A stretch of 64,000 nucleotides of DNA from Chloroflexota bacterium (GTDB taxonomy: Bacteria; Chloroflexota; UBA6077; FW602-bin22; JAMCYS01). Of this stretch, positions 36,854 to 49,029 are shown one piece after another. Below the pieces are notes generated by a model. That model worked only from the letters and a program-made list of their open reading frames with translations, was not told where the DNA came from and made no database searches. The translations under genes and the position numbers were made by a program. The stretch lies in contig JAMCYS010000033.1 of assembly GCA_023473795.1 (NCBI GenBank), positions 6,581 to 70,580 of the forward strand, in the 5' to 3' direction. Position 1 is the stretch's first letter. The number at the start of each line of letters is the position of its first letter.

Positions 36854-38563
36854 CTAGAACCTGACGACTTCTTCGATCTCCTCCAGGGGCACGTCAAAGA
36901 CGGAGCCAGTAGGCGGCAAAGCCTCTTTCAGGTAGAGTTCAGGCATCCGCCCCCTGATGGGCGGCACCCCTGCCCGGTCGTTGAACGCCCACTCGTCGCT
37001 CAGCACCTGCGTGCCAAGGCACGTCCAGTAATCGGCCGGCACCTCTTCCCCATAGACCGTCGCGACCAGGTCGCGGATGAGGTCCTGATTGGCGCCAACG
37101 GGCGCTCCGGCGAAGAGGCAGAGGCCCACGGTGTCGATGGCGGCGGCAGAGATCTGAGCGCCGTGCGACAGGGCGACCTTGCCGAGCGGGTCGGTGTGCT
37201 CCGTCTTGATCCGGATTGTATTGCCGGCGGTGTGGTCGGCGCCCTGGGGCGAGGTCATATAGGTCACCCCGTTGCCTTTGACCACGCGCGGGTCGTAGGC
37301 CGAGACGGCCTGGCCCAGCACGGTGGGCACACGACTGACGCCCAGCACCCGGGCGGCGCCCACCGTACCCGAGCCGAGAATGCGGCCGAGCATGGTGTCG
37401 CGCTCCATCTCCCGCAGCAGGTGGCGCACGTCCTCCAAGTCGCCGAACTTGGCGATTCCGGCGTCCATCGCCACGCCCAGCGTGGCCCCCAGCTCGATGG
37501 TGTCCACGCCGAAGTCGTTGCACCAGCGATTGACCTCGGCCACGGCGTCGAGAGTGCCGAGCCCGATGTTGCTGCCACACAGCCCCAGGGTCTCGAACTC
37601 AATTGGCGAGCAATAGGCCCGGCCGAGTTTGTTCGCGAAGACGTTAGAGCTGCGGATCACGCAACCTGGCATGCAGGAATGGGTAGTTCGTCCCTGGCCG
37701 CCCCGCTCCACGATCGTGTCGTAAAGCTTCTCGCCGCTGATCTCGTCCGCCGCCTCGAAACTGCCCCGGCTGAAGTTGTGAGTGGGAAAGGCGCCAATCT
37801 GGTTGACAAAACTGACCAGCCCCGGCGTGCCCAAGCGCGGGTACGTGTCCCCGGTGATTGGGTGCGCCATCAGGGCTTGATTCAGCCGCTTTGCCGCCGC
37901 CTTGAAGCCTTCCCGGTCGGCAACGGCAGGCTCGGCGCCTCCCGCGTCGTCGACGACCACCGCTTTCAGACCGCGCTTGCCCATCACCGCGCCCACGCCG
38001 CCGCGGGCGCAGTAGCGGTTCGGCCCGCCCTCCATGTCGGTAACGCCGATGCCGCTGAGGAGATAGCCCCGCTCGCCCGCCGGACCGATTGTCGCGATGG
38101 AAACCTTGGGGCCGTGCTCTCCCCTCAGCGTCTCAGCTGAGACGAAACAGCGCGCCCCCCACAGACCCGTCGCGGGCAGCAGGCTGCCGCCGGATTTGTC
38201 TATCTTGAGCACGAAGTGCTGGTCCGTCGGCGCCTGGCCCTCGACGACGACCATCCGGTAGCCGAGGCGGCCCAGCTTGTGGCCCAGGGTGCCCCCGCCG
38301 TTCGATTCCTTGATGCCGCCGGTCAATGGGCTCTTCGTGCCCACCGAGATTCGCCCGGAGCTGGAGACGGAAACCAAACCGGCGAAGATGCCAGTAGCGA
38401 AGACGAGCTCGTTGTGCGGGCCGAGAGGGTCGCAGAGAGGGTCAAGCTCTGCCAAGAGTACCTTGTCACACAGGCCGCGCCCGCCCAGGGCGCGAAGGTC
38501 AGTGGGCAACGTCTCCTCGCGCACAGTCAGAGCACTCATGTCCACTCGCAGTACTCTGTCCAT
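36854..38563 (-). CDS. aor: Aldehyde:ferredoxin oxidoreductase (W/Mo-pterin AOR family)
   Basis: KSPLTGGIKESNGGG, RGGVGAVMG.R.LKA, SCMPGCVIR, EFET, D.FGVDTIE. Confidence 0.92.
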   Translation of the reverse strand: MDRVLRVDMSALTVREETLPTDLRALGGRGLCDKVLLAELDPLCDPLGPHNELVFATGIFAGLVSVSSSGRISVGTKSPLTGGIKESNGGGTLGHKLGRLGYRMVVVEGQAPTDQHFVLKIDKSGGSLLPATGLWGARCFVSAETLRGEHGPKVSIATIGPAGERGYLLSGIGVTDMEGGPNRYCARGGVGAVMGKRGLKAVVVDDAGGAEPAVADREGFKAAAKRLNQALMAHPITGDTYPRLGTPGLVSFVNQIGAFPTHNFSRGSFEAADEISGEKLYDTIVERGGQGRTTHSCMPGCVIRSSNVFANKLGRAYCSPIEFETLGLCGSNIGLGTLDAVAEVNRWCNDFGVDTIELGATLGVAMDAGIAKFGDLEDVRHLLREMERDTMLGRILGSGTVGAARVLGVSRVPTVLGQAVSAYDPRVVKGNGVTYMTSPQGADHTAGNTIRIKTEHTDPLGKVALSHGAQISAAAIDTVGLCLFAGAPVGANQDLIRDLVATVYGEEVPADYWTCLGTQVLSDEWAFNDRAGVPPIRGRMPELYLKEALPPTGSVFDVPLEEIEEVVRF

Positions 38564-40348
38564 CCCCGCTCCTGCCTTAGTTGTGCCGCCTCAAAGAACC
38601 GCAAGTGCGGGCGGCGGAGCGCCGCCTCCCTTGCACCTACTATAGCACGGGCACAAAGGGCGGTCAACGCAAGGCGAAGCGGGCTTGGTGGCAAACAGCT
38701 AGTCGCTTTGCTGGAGGATGCCGGCGTCCATGAGATTGGAGCCAGCTACGAGGAGGTACAAGAGCCCACGCAAGGCGCCGAAACGCTCCACCAGCGCCGC
38801 CTCCTGGGCCGCGTCGGCTGGCCTGGCCAATCCAAAGATTCGGGCCAGACCCCGGCGGATGCCCGAGTCGCCGGCCGGAAAGACGTCCAGCCGTCCCAGT
38901 CCTCGCAGAAGAATGAGATCGGCGCTCCAACGGCCAACCCCGGGCAGGGCCGTCAGCCGCTCGGCCGCGGCAGGGCTGGGCAGCGCCTTTGTTCGCGAAG
39001 ACGTTAGAGCTGCGGATCACGCAACCTGGCATGCAGGAATGGGTAGTTCGTCCCTGGCCGCCCCGCTCCACGATCGTGTCGTAAAGCTTCTCGCCGCTGA
39101 TCTCGTCCGCCGCCTCGAAACTGCCCCGGCTGAAGTTGTGAGTGGGAAAGGCGCCAATCTGGTTGACAAAACTGACCAGCCCCGGCGTGCCCAAGCGCGG
39201 GTACGTGTCCCCGGTGATTGGGTGCGCCATCAGGGCTTGATTCAGCCGCTTTGCCGCCGCCTTGAAGCCTTCCCGGTCGGCAACGGCAGGCTCGGCGCCT
39301 CCCGCGTCGTCGACGACCACCGCTTTCAGACCGCGCTTGCCCATCACCGCGCCCACGCCGCCGCGGGCGCAGTAGCGGTTCGGCCCGCCCTCCATGTCGG
39401 TAACGCCGATGCCGCTGAGGAGATAGCCCCGCTCGCCCGCCGGACCGATTGTCGCGATGGAAACCTTGGGGCCGTGCTCTCCCCTCAGCGTCTCAGCTGA
39501 GACGAAACAGCGCGCCCCCCACAGACCCGTCGCGGGCAGCAGGCTGCCGCCGGATTTGTCTATCTTGAGCACGAAGTGCTGGTCCGTCGGCGCCTGGCCC
39601 TCGACGACGACCATCCGGTAGCCGAGGCGGCCCAGCTTGTGGCCCAGGGTGCCCCCGCCGTTCGATTCCTTGATGCCGCCGGTCAATGGGCTCTTCGTGC
39701 CCACCGAGATTCGCCCGGAGCTGGAGACGGAAACCAAACCGGCGAAGATGCCAGTAGCGAAGACGAGCTCGTTGTGCGGGCCGAGAGGGTCGCAGAGAGG
39801 GTCAAGCTCTGCCAAGAGTACCTTGTCACACAGGCCGCGCCCGCCCAGGGCGCGAAGGTCAGTGGGCAACGTCTCCTCGCGCACAGTCAGAGCACTCATG
39901 TCCACTCGCAGTACTCTGTCCATCCCCGCTCCTGCCTTAGTTGTGCCGCCTCAAAGAACCGCAAGTGCGGGCGGCGGAGCGCCGCCTCCCTTGCACCTAC
40001 TATAGCACGGGCACAAAGGGCGGTCAACGCAAGGCGAAGCGGGCTTGGTGGCAAACAGCTAGTCGCTTTGCTGGAGGATGCCGGCGTCCATGAGATTGGA
40101 GCCAGCTACGAGGAGGTACAAGAGCCCACGCAAGGCGCCGAAACGCTCCACCAGCGCCGCCTCCTGGGCCGCGTCGGCTGGCCTGGCCAATCCAAAGATT
40201 CGGGCCAGACCCCGGCGGATGCCCGAGTCGCCGGCCGGAAAGACGTCCAGCCGTCCCAGTCCTCGCAGAAGAATGAGATCGGCGCTCCAACGGCCAACCC
40301 CGGGCAGGGCCGTCAGCCGCTCGGCCGCGGCAGGGCTGGGCAGCGCCT
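37628..40348. repeat. 1360-bp tandem duplication (37628-38988 / 38988-40348)
   Basis: Copies look identical where compared; junction CAGCGCC-T-TTGTTCGCG with 1-bp microhomology. Confidence 0.95.
38664..39923 (-). pseudogene. Chimeric truncated aor (5' part of aor fused out of frame to the alkA 3' copy)
   Basis: Identical to AOR up to NVFANK, then unrelated sequence; created by the duplication. Confidence 0.85.
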
Positions 40349-40988
40349 CCAGCTCACCTAACGTCAGGCCGCCGTCAGCCACCAGGGCGGCAACGGCGCG
40401 CAAAGCGCGAGCTTTCTGGGAAGAGAAGCCGAGCCCGCGCAGCGCTTCCTCACCCGTCGCGGCCAGCCGCACGGCGTCAGGAAAGGCCCAGTACTCGCGC
40501 CCCTGCCAGGTAACATTGCTACCCAGGGACGTCACCAGTCTGCCCACGATGGCCAGTGCGGCGGTGAGGCTGATCTGCTGGAAAGCGATGACGTTGATCA
40601 GACTCTCCAGCAGAGACGCGAAGCGGGGCGGCTTGAGGCCCCGCAGCGCTCGGGCAACCGAGGCCAGGGCGGGGTCGGACATCGCCAGCTGCTGGAACGG
40701 CTCCGTGTCGACGGCAATGCCCAGCGTGCGAGCCAGCGTAGACAAAGCGCCCTCCACAACCTGGGTCGACAGCGACCCGCCGTACAGCCGCACCGCGAGC
40801 ACCGGCTCCTCCCGCAGCCCCTCTTGCCGGACTTCCGCCAGCCCCAGACCGCCGCCCAGCGACAGCGCCTTACGGTAAGCACCGTCCTCCCAGCGCTCAA
40901 CCGGATTGCTGGGTCGCCGCTGCAGAAGGCGCACCGTCGGCTCAAGTTGGAAGGGCGGCCGGGGATAGAGGCGATGCTCCGCGTTGAT
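40059..40988 (-). CDS. alkA: DNA-3-methyladenine glycosylase II (AlkA family)
   Basis: QQIS, FPDA, LPGVGRWSA, FPAGDSGI; likely ATC start at 40988 after GGAGGT. Confidence 0.9.
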   Translation of the reverse strand: MNAEHRLYPRPPFQLEPTVRLLQRRPSNPVERWEDGAYRKALSLGGGLGLAEVRQEGLREEPVLAVRLYGGSLSTQVVEGALSTLARTLGIAVDTEPFQQLAMSDPALASVARALRGLKPPRFASLLESLINVIAFQQISLTAALAIVGRLVTSLGSNVTWQGREYWAFPDAVRLAATGEEALRGLGFSSQKARALRAVAALVADGGLTLGELEALPSPAAAERLTALPGVGRWSADLILLRGLGRLDVFPAGDSGIRRGLARIFGLARPADAAQEAALVERFGALRGLLYLLVAGSNLMDAGILQQSD

Positions 40989-41002
40989 GGCTGGACCTCC
41001 GG

Positions 41003-42433
41003 TTAGGCCGTGCCGAAGTAGGGAGCGACGAAACGGAACAGGCAGAGGTAATCCAGAACGAGGAAAGCTAGCCAGAGAGCCACCGCGCCCGCCCAGGCGA
41101 GGCGCCGGGGCGCCAGGGCCAGGAGCCCCCCGGCAAAGAAGATGCCGATGGGCCCCAGAGCCGGGAAGAGGTAGCGGCCTTGCGCCTGGATGAAGGTAAG
41201 GTTGTAGTACAGGAATTCCCCCAGAACGACGAAGAAGGAGAGACCAAGTACAGACAGCGACCAGCGGGCGGGCCGGTCGCTCCGCTCACGACCGCTGGTC
41301 AGTCGCCACAGCCAAACCGCCAGCCCAACCGTCCCGATGACCGTCAACAAGAGCAGCGCCTGATACAGGCGGCGGTCCACCAGAATACCCATCCAGCCGA
41401 ACTGGGCCCAGAAGCTCTGGAAGGTCGTCGTCGCCAGGTACTCCAGTCCCTGCCAGCTGTAGACCGTGCGTGGCTGGCCCACGACGGCGGCGGCGTGCCG
41501 TGCCTGAATCAAAGGATCGAGCCAGCCATAGGTTAGCGCATTGCGTACGAACCACCACCCGGAAACCAGCAGCGCCGGCCCACCGACGAGCGCTAACTGC
41601 CGCCCGAGCCCGGCCGCGGGCCGGCTGACACTGAAAGTCAGCGTGCCCCCGGTGGTCCCGCCCGACGCGAGGTCCGGCCGGACCTGCCAGCGGCGGCGAA
41701 CCAGAATGGCCAGCAATGCCAGCGGCACCGCGCCGTAGATCGTGACCTTAGTAAGCAAGGCTAGGCCAAGGAGCAGCCCGAGCACGAGCGCCAGCCTGTC
41801 GGCGAAACCGTAACGCAGGCCGGCGACTAAGACCGCCAGAACGAGCGTCATCACCAATAGCGATAGGCTGTCGTTCTGCACCGCCGCGCTGAGGAACTGC
41901 TGCATGGGCACGGCGCCGACGAAAGCGGTCGCCGCCAGCGCCAGCAGCGGCCGCCCGGGCAAGGTCAGCCCCGCCAGGGCATAGACCGCCAGGAGCAGGA
42001 GCGCGCCGAAGAAGATAGAGAGCGCGCGCAGGGCCATCACCTGGCGGTCGAGCGAAGCGCCTTCGCTAGCCTTGTAGACGACAGCGCCGAGAAGGTAGTA
42101 GAGCGGCGGCTGGTGCGACTCGTAGCGCAAACCATCAACCGGCAGCGAGTCAGGGAACCTGGCGGTGGTTAGTTGCAGCAGATAGTCCTGATCGTAGTCG
42201 CCCGGCTGGAGCACCGGCAAGGTGCCCGTGGTGGCGAGATGCTTGACGTAGTTGAAGTGCGCGGGTTCGTCAGGGGCGTTCCACTTGGGGACTTTCAGCG
42301 CGTAGAGCCCCGCGAAGACGAGGTAAGCGCCGACCACCAGCGCCAGGCCCAGACGGTAGGGCCATTGCCTAGTGCTGTCCTGGCCGTCCGTTGTACTTCC
42401 CCCGCAGATTATTGAAACGGACCCTGAGCACAT
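41003..42433 (-). CDS. Membrane glycosyltransferase (GT-C, ArnT/PMT-like)
   Basis: PDEPAH, HQPPLYY, many TM, QGRYL; start uncertain. Confidence 0.8.
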   Translation of the reverse strand: MCSGSVSIICGGSTTDGQDSTRQWPYRLGLALVVGAYLVFAGLYALKVPKWNAPDEPAHFNYVKHLATTGTLPVLQPGDYDQDYLLQLTTARFPDSLPVDGLRYESHQPPLYYLLGAVVYKASEGASLDRQVMALRALSIFFGALLLLAVYALAGLTLPGRPLLALAATAFVGAVPMQQFLSAAVQNDSLSLLVMTLVLAVLVAGLRYGFADRLALVLGLLLGLALLTKVTIYGAVPLALLAILVRRRWQVRPDLASGGTTGGTLTFSVSRPAAGLGRQLALVGGPALLVSGWWFVRNALTYGWLDPLIQARHAAAVVGQPRTVYSWQGLEYLATTTFQSFWAQFGWMGILVDRRLYQALLLLTVIGTVGLAVWLWRLTSGRERSDRPARWSLSVLGLSFFVVLGEFLYYNLTFIQAQGRYLFPALGPIGIFFAGGLLALAPRRLAWAGAVALWLAFLVLDYLCLFRFVAPYFGTA

Positions 42434-43151
42434 CTCCCAGCATGGCGAACGTGTCGCGGACCGGCCGCACTTTGCTGCCTTTGGCGTAGTACCAGTCTAT
42501 GGGCACTTCGGCGACCCTGTAGCCACTCCGCACGGCGAGGAAGAGCAGCTCCACGTCAAAGCCGGTGACCAGGGGGCCCTGGATCGGCTGACTATCGTCG
42601 CAGTAGAGGTGAGAGCGCTCGAACAGGTCGCGCGCCACGTCCGCCTTGAAGCACTTGAAGCCGCACTGGGTATCCTGGAAGCCCCCGATGGTCAGGAAGC
42701 GGACGATGCGGTTGAAGACCCGTCCCATTAGGTGCCGGTAGTAGGGCTCATGGTAACGACGGGCCCCCGGTGCCTCGCGCGAGCCGATGGCGATGTCGTA
42801 GCCCTCAGCAAAGAACGGCAGGAACTTACCGACCTCCTCGATTGGCATCGAGAGGTCCGCATCGCAGATGAAAGAGAGTTTGGCCCGCGACGCCATCACA
42901 CCGCCCCGCACGGCAGCGGCCTTGCCCCGGTGCGCCAGGCGCAGCAGTCGGAAGCGCGGGTCACGAGCGGCAAAGGACTCGACGACCGCCGCCGTGCCAT
43001 CCTCACTGCCGTCGTCAGATACCACCACTTCCCAATCGTAGGGCTGCTCGCCGAGGTAACTGGCGATTCGCCGCAGACTTTCCGGCAAACGCCCTTCCTC
43101 GTTGTAAGCAGGGACCACTAGGGAGAGAAATGGCTCGCGTTCGCTGCTAAT
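42369..43151 (-). CDS. GT2 polyprenyl-phosphate glycosyltransferase
   Basis: VVPAYNE, DDGSED, DAD, DTQCGFK, GFDVE; likely ATT start at 43151. Confidence 0.9.
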   Translation of the reverse strand: MSSEREPFLSLVVPAYNEEGRLPESLRRIASYLGEQPYDWEVVVSDDGSEDGTAAVVESFAARDPRFRLLRLAHRGKAAAVRGGVMASRAKLSFICDADLSMPIEEVGKFLPFFAEGYDIAIGSREAPGARRYHEPYYRHLMGRVFNRIVRFLTIGGFQDTQCGFKCFKADVARDLFERSHLYCDDSQPIQGPLVTGFDVELLFLAVRSGYRVAEVPIDWYYAKGSKVRPVRDTFAMLGDVLRVRFNNLRGKYNGRPGQH

Positions 43152-43263
43152 GGGTGAACCTCCGCGGCGCGGACTCCAGGCAAGATGCGATTGGGCAGGC
43201 GGCATCATAGCAAGTCCCTACCGTCAGGTCAACCGCGCCACGGCCAGCCGGCCGCCCCAACCT

Positions 43264-44643
43264 TCAATCCTCGTGTCCGCGGCGGCTCGCACACTGGTCC
43301 ACGAATCGTCGGGCCAGCGTGTGATCGCTGGCGAAGTGCAGCCGCAGCTGGGAGGCGAGGACGTTGCCGCGGGCGTAGCCCTCGAGCTGCTCCTCCGGGT
43401 CGGACACCAGGTAGGCAGCATCCTCGACGGGAAACGTGGTGAGCGCCCAGTGGAACTCATAGGCCCGCAAGTGCCTGCCGCGTCTGGCCAGAAGCGAGTC
43501 GCGAGCCGCCGTCGCCACGGCGTAGCCAAGCCGCGGGCTGCTACGTCGCATCTCGGCCCAGCGCGGGGCCACGCCCAGGAACGGATAGCGCTCGCCGTCC
43601 TGGTCTATAACCCCCTGACTTAGATAGACGGCGCCACCGCACTCGCCGTAGATGGGCAGGCCAGCCTTCACTTGCTCGCGCAGACTGCTCAAGAACGGTT
43701 GGTTTGCCGCCAGCTCCGCGGCATGAAGCTCAGGCAGCCCCGGTCCGGCATAGACGCCGTCCAAGCCCGCGGGCAGTTGTGTATCGTGCAGTGGGCTGGC
43801 CGTAACCAACTCCCCGCCCCAGGCCGCCAGCAGCTCCAAGTTGTCGTCCTGGTAAAGGTCAAAGGCCTCGTCTCGCAGCACCGCCACCCGGGCCCGCGGC
43901 GGGCGCGGCGACGGCGGGAACGCCCCACCGACCGTACTGTCTGGGAGCGGCCAGGCTTCACGCATCGCCTGAAGAAGCGCCTGCACGTCAATCGTGGCCT
44001 GAACCTCACGGCGAATCCTCTCCATCGTATCGGCCAGCGACTCGCAGGCGGCGCTGGGCAGGAAACTAGGGTGCTGTTCCGGCAACGTCAAGCCGGGGTT
44101 GTAGGATAGATGGCCCAGAACCGGCAAGCCCGCCCCGACCTCCACGCCCTCAGTGGCCCGCGCCAAATGAGCGGGGCTGGTGATGTTGTTGAGGACAACG
44201 CCGATAATCTCGACCTCGGGGTCGAAATCCCGAAAGCCGAGGGCGATGGCGCCCGCGCTTTGGGCTGTGCGGCCCACGTCCAAGACCAGCAAGACCGGCG
44301 CCCGCAGCCACTTCGCCAACTCCGCCGTGCTGCCTTCGGCACCAAGACTGCTCCGACCATCGTAGAGACCCATTATGCCCTCGATCAGGGCCAGGGATTC
44401 GCCGTGGCAAGCTTTGGCAACAAGGTCGATGATGGTCGGCCGGTTGACCAACCAGGTATCGATACTGCGGCAGTTCTCGCCCGCCGCTAGACGTAGGTAG
44501 GCCGGGTCGATGTAGTCCGGCCCGCACTTAAAGGGTTGGACCCGCAACCCGCGGGCGCGCAGCGCCGCCATTAGACCCACGGCAACCGTCGTCTTGCCGG
44601 CGCCACTGCCGTTGCCCGCCACAACCAGTCTAGGGAGCTGCAT
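43264..44643 (-). CDS. cobB: Cobyrinate a,c-diamide synthase
   Basis: SGAGKTT, FKCGPDYID, EGIMGLYDG, YGECGG, EFH. Confidence 0.92.
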   Translation of the reverse strand: MQLPRLVVAGNGSGAGKTTVAVGLMAALRARGLRVQPFKCGPDYIDPAYLRLAAGENCRSIDTWLVNRPTIIDLVAKACHGESLALIEGIMGLYDGRSSLGAEGSTAELAKWLRAPVLLVLDVGRTAQSAGAIALGFRDFDPEVEIIGVVLNNITSPAHLARATEGVEVGAGLPVLGHLSYNPGLTLPEQHPSFLPSAACESLADTMERIRREVQATIDVQALLQAMREAWPLPDSTVGGAFPPSPRPPRARVAVLRDEAFDLYQDDNLELLAAWGGELVTASPLHDTQLPAGLDGVYAGPGLPELHAAELAANQPFLSSLREQVKAGLPIYGECGGAVYLSQGVIDQDGERYPFLGVAPRWAEMRRSSPRLGYAVATAARDSLLARRGRHLRAYEFHWALTTFPVEDAAYLVSDPEEQLEGYARGNVLASQLRLHFASDHTLARRFVDQCASRRGHED

Positions 44644-44843
44644 ACCTTGCTTCCGGTCCTAACACAGAGAGTTGGCTCGGCCTGCGATTATACTACGTGC
44701 TCTGCTGCTTGTGTGCCTGCCTACCGCCTACCGGCGGCCAATACGGTCAAATTGGCGCCACCGCGTGCGACCCCGCCGGCCCGGGAAGCCCCGCTGGCCG
44801 GCCGGTCGGGCTCCAGCCGGTGCGCGGAGAAGGCAGACGCCGG

Positions 44844-46678
<1,835 letters not shown>

Positions 46679-46682
<4 letters not shown>

Positions 46683-47386
46683 GCTTCGCGAGCGCGATAG
46701 CCCACTCCGCGCACCGTCTCCAACCATTTGGGCGAGTCCACGTCGTCGCCGAGTTTCTCACGGAGTGCGCGCACGTGGGCGTCGACCGTGCGGGTTATTC
46801 CCGCCTCCGGATAACCCCACACCTGTCGCAGGAGCGCCTCGCGGGTGAACACCCGGCCACGATTCGCCAGCAAGTAGGCCAGCAAATCGAATTCCTTCGG
46901 CTTCAGCGCCACCTCCCGCTCCGCCACCAGCACCCGCCGCCTGGCAAGGTCCACCGAGAGCTCGCCTGCCCGCAACAACTCAGCTTTCTGCCCGGACGCC
47001 GGCTCAGTCCTGATGGAGCGCCGAAGTAGCGCCTTGACGCGCGCCTGCAGCTCACGCATGCTGAATGGTTTGGTAAGGTAGTCGTCCGCACCGATTTCGA
47101 GGCCTACTACCCGGTCGATCTCGGAGTCTTTGGCCGTAAGCATTAGGATCGGCACTTGGCTCTCCGACCGAAGACGGCGGCAGACCTCAAACCCATCTAG
47201 CTTGGGCAGCATAACATCGAGAACAATAGCATCCGGGGAGTTGCCCCGCGCTAGCTTGAGCGCCTCCTCGCCGTCGGCGGCAGTCAGCACCTCGTGTCCC
47301 TCGCGGCGGAGACTGTACGCCACCGAGTGCAGCAGATTGGGCTCATCGTCGACGACCAGTATCTTCGGCACGCCCACCTCCGTCAC
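46679..47386 (-). CDS. phoB: OmpR-family response regulator PhoB/PhoP
   Basis: Receiver + wHTH (TVRGVGY); pst context. Confidence 0.88.
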
Positions 47387-47455
47387 CTATCAGCCACTCG
47401 CCCGCGAGCTGCTCTCATCTTAAGCGGGCGTCAAGGTCGTGTCAATCGAAGCCGC

Positions 47456-48124
47456 CTAGTAGCTGGAGACGTTGAACTCCTGGAAGCGCCCGGTGACGGC
47501 GAAGACAGTGCGCTCGCAAATATTCGTGACCCGGTCGGCGATCCGCTCCAGGTTGTGGGCCGTCCAGAGAAGGTAAGTAGCTCTGGTGATACTGCGCGGG
47601 TCCGCCAGCATGAAAGTGATGAGCTCGCGGTACACCTGGTTATACAGGGCATCGACCTCGTCGTCCTCCTGGGCGATCTTCTTGGAGGCTTCCACATCCT
47701 CCGAGATGAAGGCCTGGAGCGAGCGCTCGAGCATGTCCCGTGCTTTGTCCGCCATACGTGGCACGTCGATAAGCGGTTTGAGCAGTGGCTCGTCCCCGTG
47801 CATCACTACAATCTTGGCGATCCCCGCCGCGTGATCGCCCATCCGCTCAAGTTCCTGCACGACGGTCAGAGCAGCCAGCACGATCCGCAAATCGCCTGCC
47901 ATAGGCTGCTGGCGGGCGATGATCTGCATAACGTGTTCTTCGATGTCGAAACGCCGACGGTTGATCGCGGCATCGTCCGCGATGATCTTCCGCGCCTCGA
48001 TGAGGTCCTGCTGGCGTAGGGCTGCGATGGAACGGTCGATGGCGCGGTCGACCATGCCGCCCATCACCATAACGTCGTCCCGCAGCGTGTGTAGTTCCCT
48101 GTCAAAGTGGACCCGGTTCATCAT
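47456..48124 (-). CDS. phoU: Phosphate signalling protein PhoU
   Basis: QQPMAGDLR, LERMGDH, LERIADR. Confidence 0.95.
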   Translation of the reverse strand: MMNRVHFDRELHTLRDDVMVMGGMVDRAIDRSIAALRQQDLIEARKIIADDAAINRRRFDIEEHVMQIIARQQPMAGDLRIVLAALTVVQELERMGDHAAGIAKIVVMHGDEPLLKPLIDVPRMADKARDMLERSLQAFISEDVEASKKIAQEDDEVDALYNQVYRELITFMLADPRSITRATYLLWTAHNLERIADRVTNICERTVFAVTGRFQEFNVSSY

Positions 48125-48164
48125 CTCGCTCCCCCTGATTGCTGCCCAGCGAATGACGGGTGCC

Positions 48165-49004
48165 CTAGCCGAATCTACCGGTTATGTAACCTTCAGTGCG
48201 TTTGTCGCGCGGATTGGTGAACACCTCGTTGGTATCACCATATTCGACCAGTTCGCCGATGCGATCATCACCCGCCAGCATAAAGGCCGTGTAGTCGGAC
48301 ACGCGGGACGCCTGCTGCATGTTGTGGGTCACCACAACTATTGTATAGCGCTCTTTCAAGTCCCCCATCAACTCCTCGATACGGTACGTCGCCAGAGGGT
48401 CGAGGGCGGATGCCGGTTCGTCCATCAATATTATCTCCGGCTTGATGGCGATGGCGCGAGCAATGCACAGGCGCTGCTGCTGTCCGCCGGAGAGGGAAGC
48501 GCCGGACACGTTCAGTTTGTCCTTCACTTCTCCCCAGAGCGCGGCCTGACGCAGGCTGCGCTCTACGATATCATCCAGCTCGCTCTTGGGCAGAGATCGG
48601 TTCAGCTTGATGCCAGCTACCACGTTGTCGTAGACCGACATCATTGGGAAAGGGTTCGGCTTCTGGAAGACCATGCCCACCAGGCGACGCACCCGCACCG
48701 GGTCAACTTCGGGTCCGTAGATATTCTGGCCGTCCAGCAACACTACGCCGCCGACTCTGCCGCCCGGAATGACCTCGTGCATGCGGTTCAAGCAGCGCAG
48801 GAGCGTCGACTTGCCACAGCCCGATGGGCCAATAATGGCGGTGATAGCTTGGGGCACAATGCTCAAGTTGATGTCGCGCACGGCTTGCACTGGGCCATAC
48901 CAGGCGCTGAGGTTCACCACACGCATGCCGTGCTCGCCATCGCGTGCTATTCCGGTTTTGTTCTCGCTATCCTGCTTCACGGTATCTCGCTCCGCGGTGA
49001 TCAT
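48165..49004 (-). CDS. pstB: Phosphate ABC ATPase
   Basis: [33 protein letters not shown]. Confidence 0.95.
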   Translation of the reverse strand: MITAERDTVKQDSENKTGIARDGEHGMRVVNLSAWYGPVQAVRDINLSIVPQAITAIIGPSGCGKSTLLRCLNRMHEVIPGGRVGGVVLLDGQNIYGPEVDPVRVRRLVGMVFQKPNPFPMMSVYDNVVAGIKLNRSLPKSELDDIVERSLRQAALWGEVKDKLNVSGASLSGGQQQRLCIARAIAIKPEIILMDEPASALDPLATYRIEELMGDLKERYTIVVVTHNMQQASRVSDYTAFMLAGDDRIGELVEYGDTNEVFTNPRDKRTEGYITGRFG

Positions 49005-49029
49005 CGGTCTCCTCCACCTTCAACTGACC

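Noticed and set aside
38564-38640. Moco/tungsten-cofactor riboswitch upstream of aor
   Set aside because: Leader is short and lacks recognisable conserved motif elements
44644-44843. Cobalamin riboswitch upstream of cobB
   Set aside because: No B12-box or GGGAA/GCCACTG motifs, and the TATAAT lies close to the start codon
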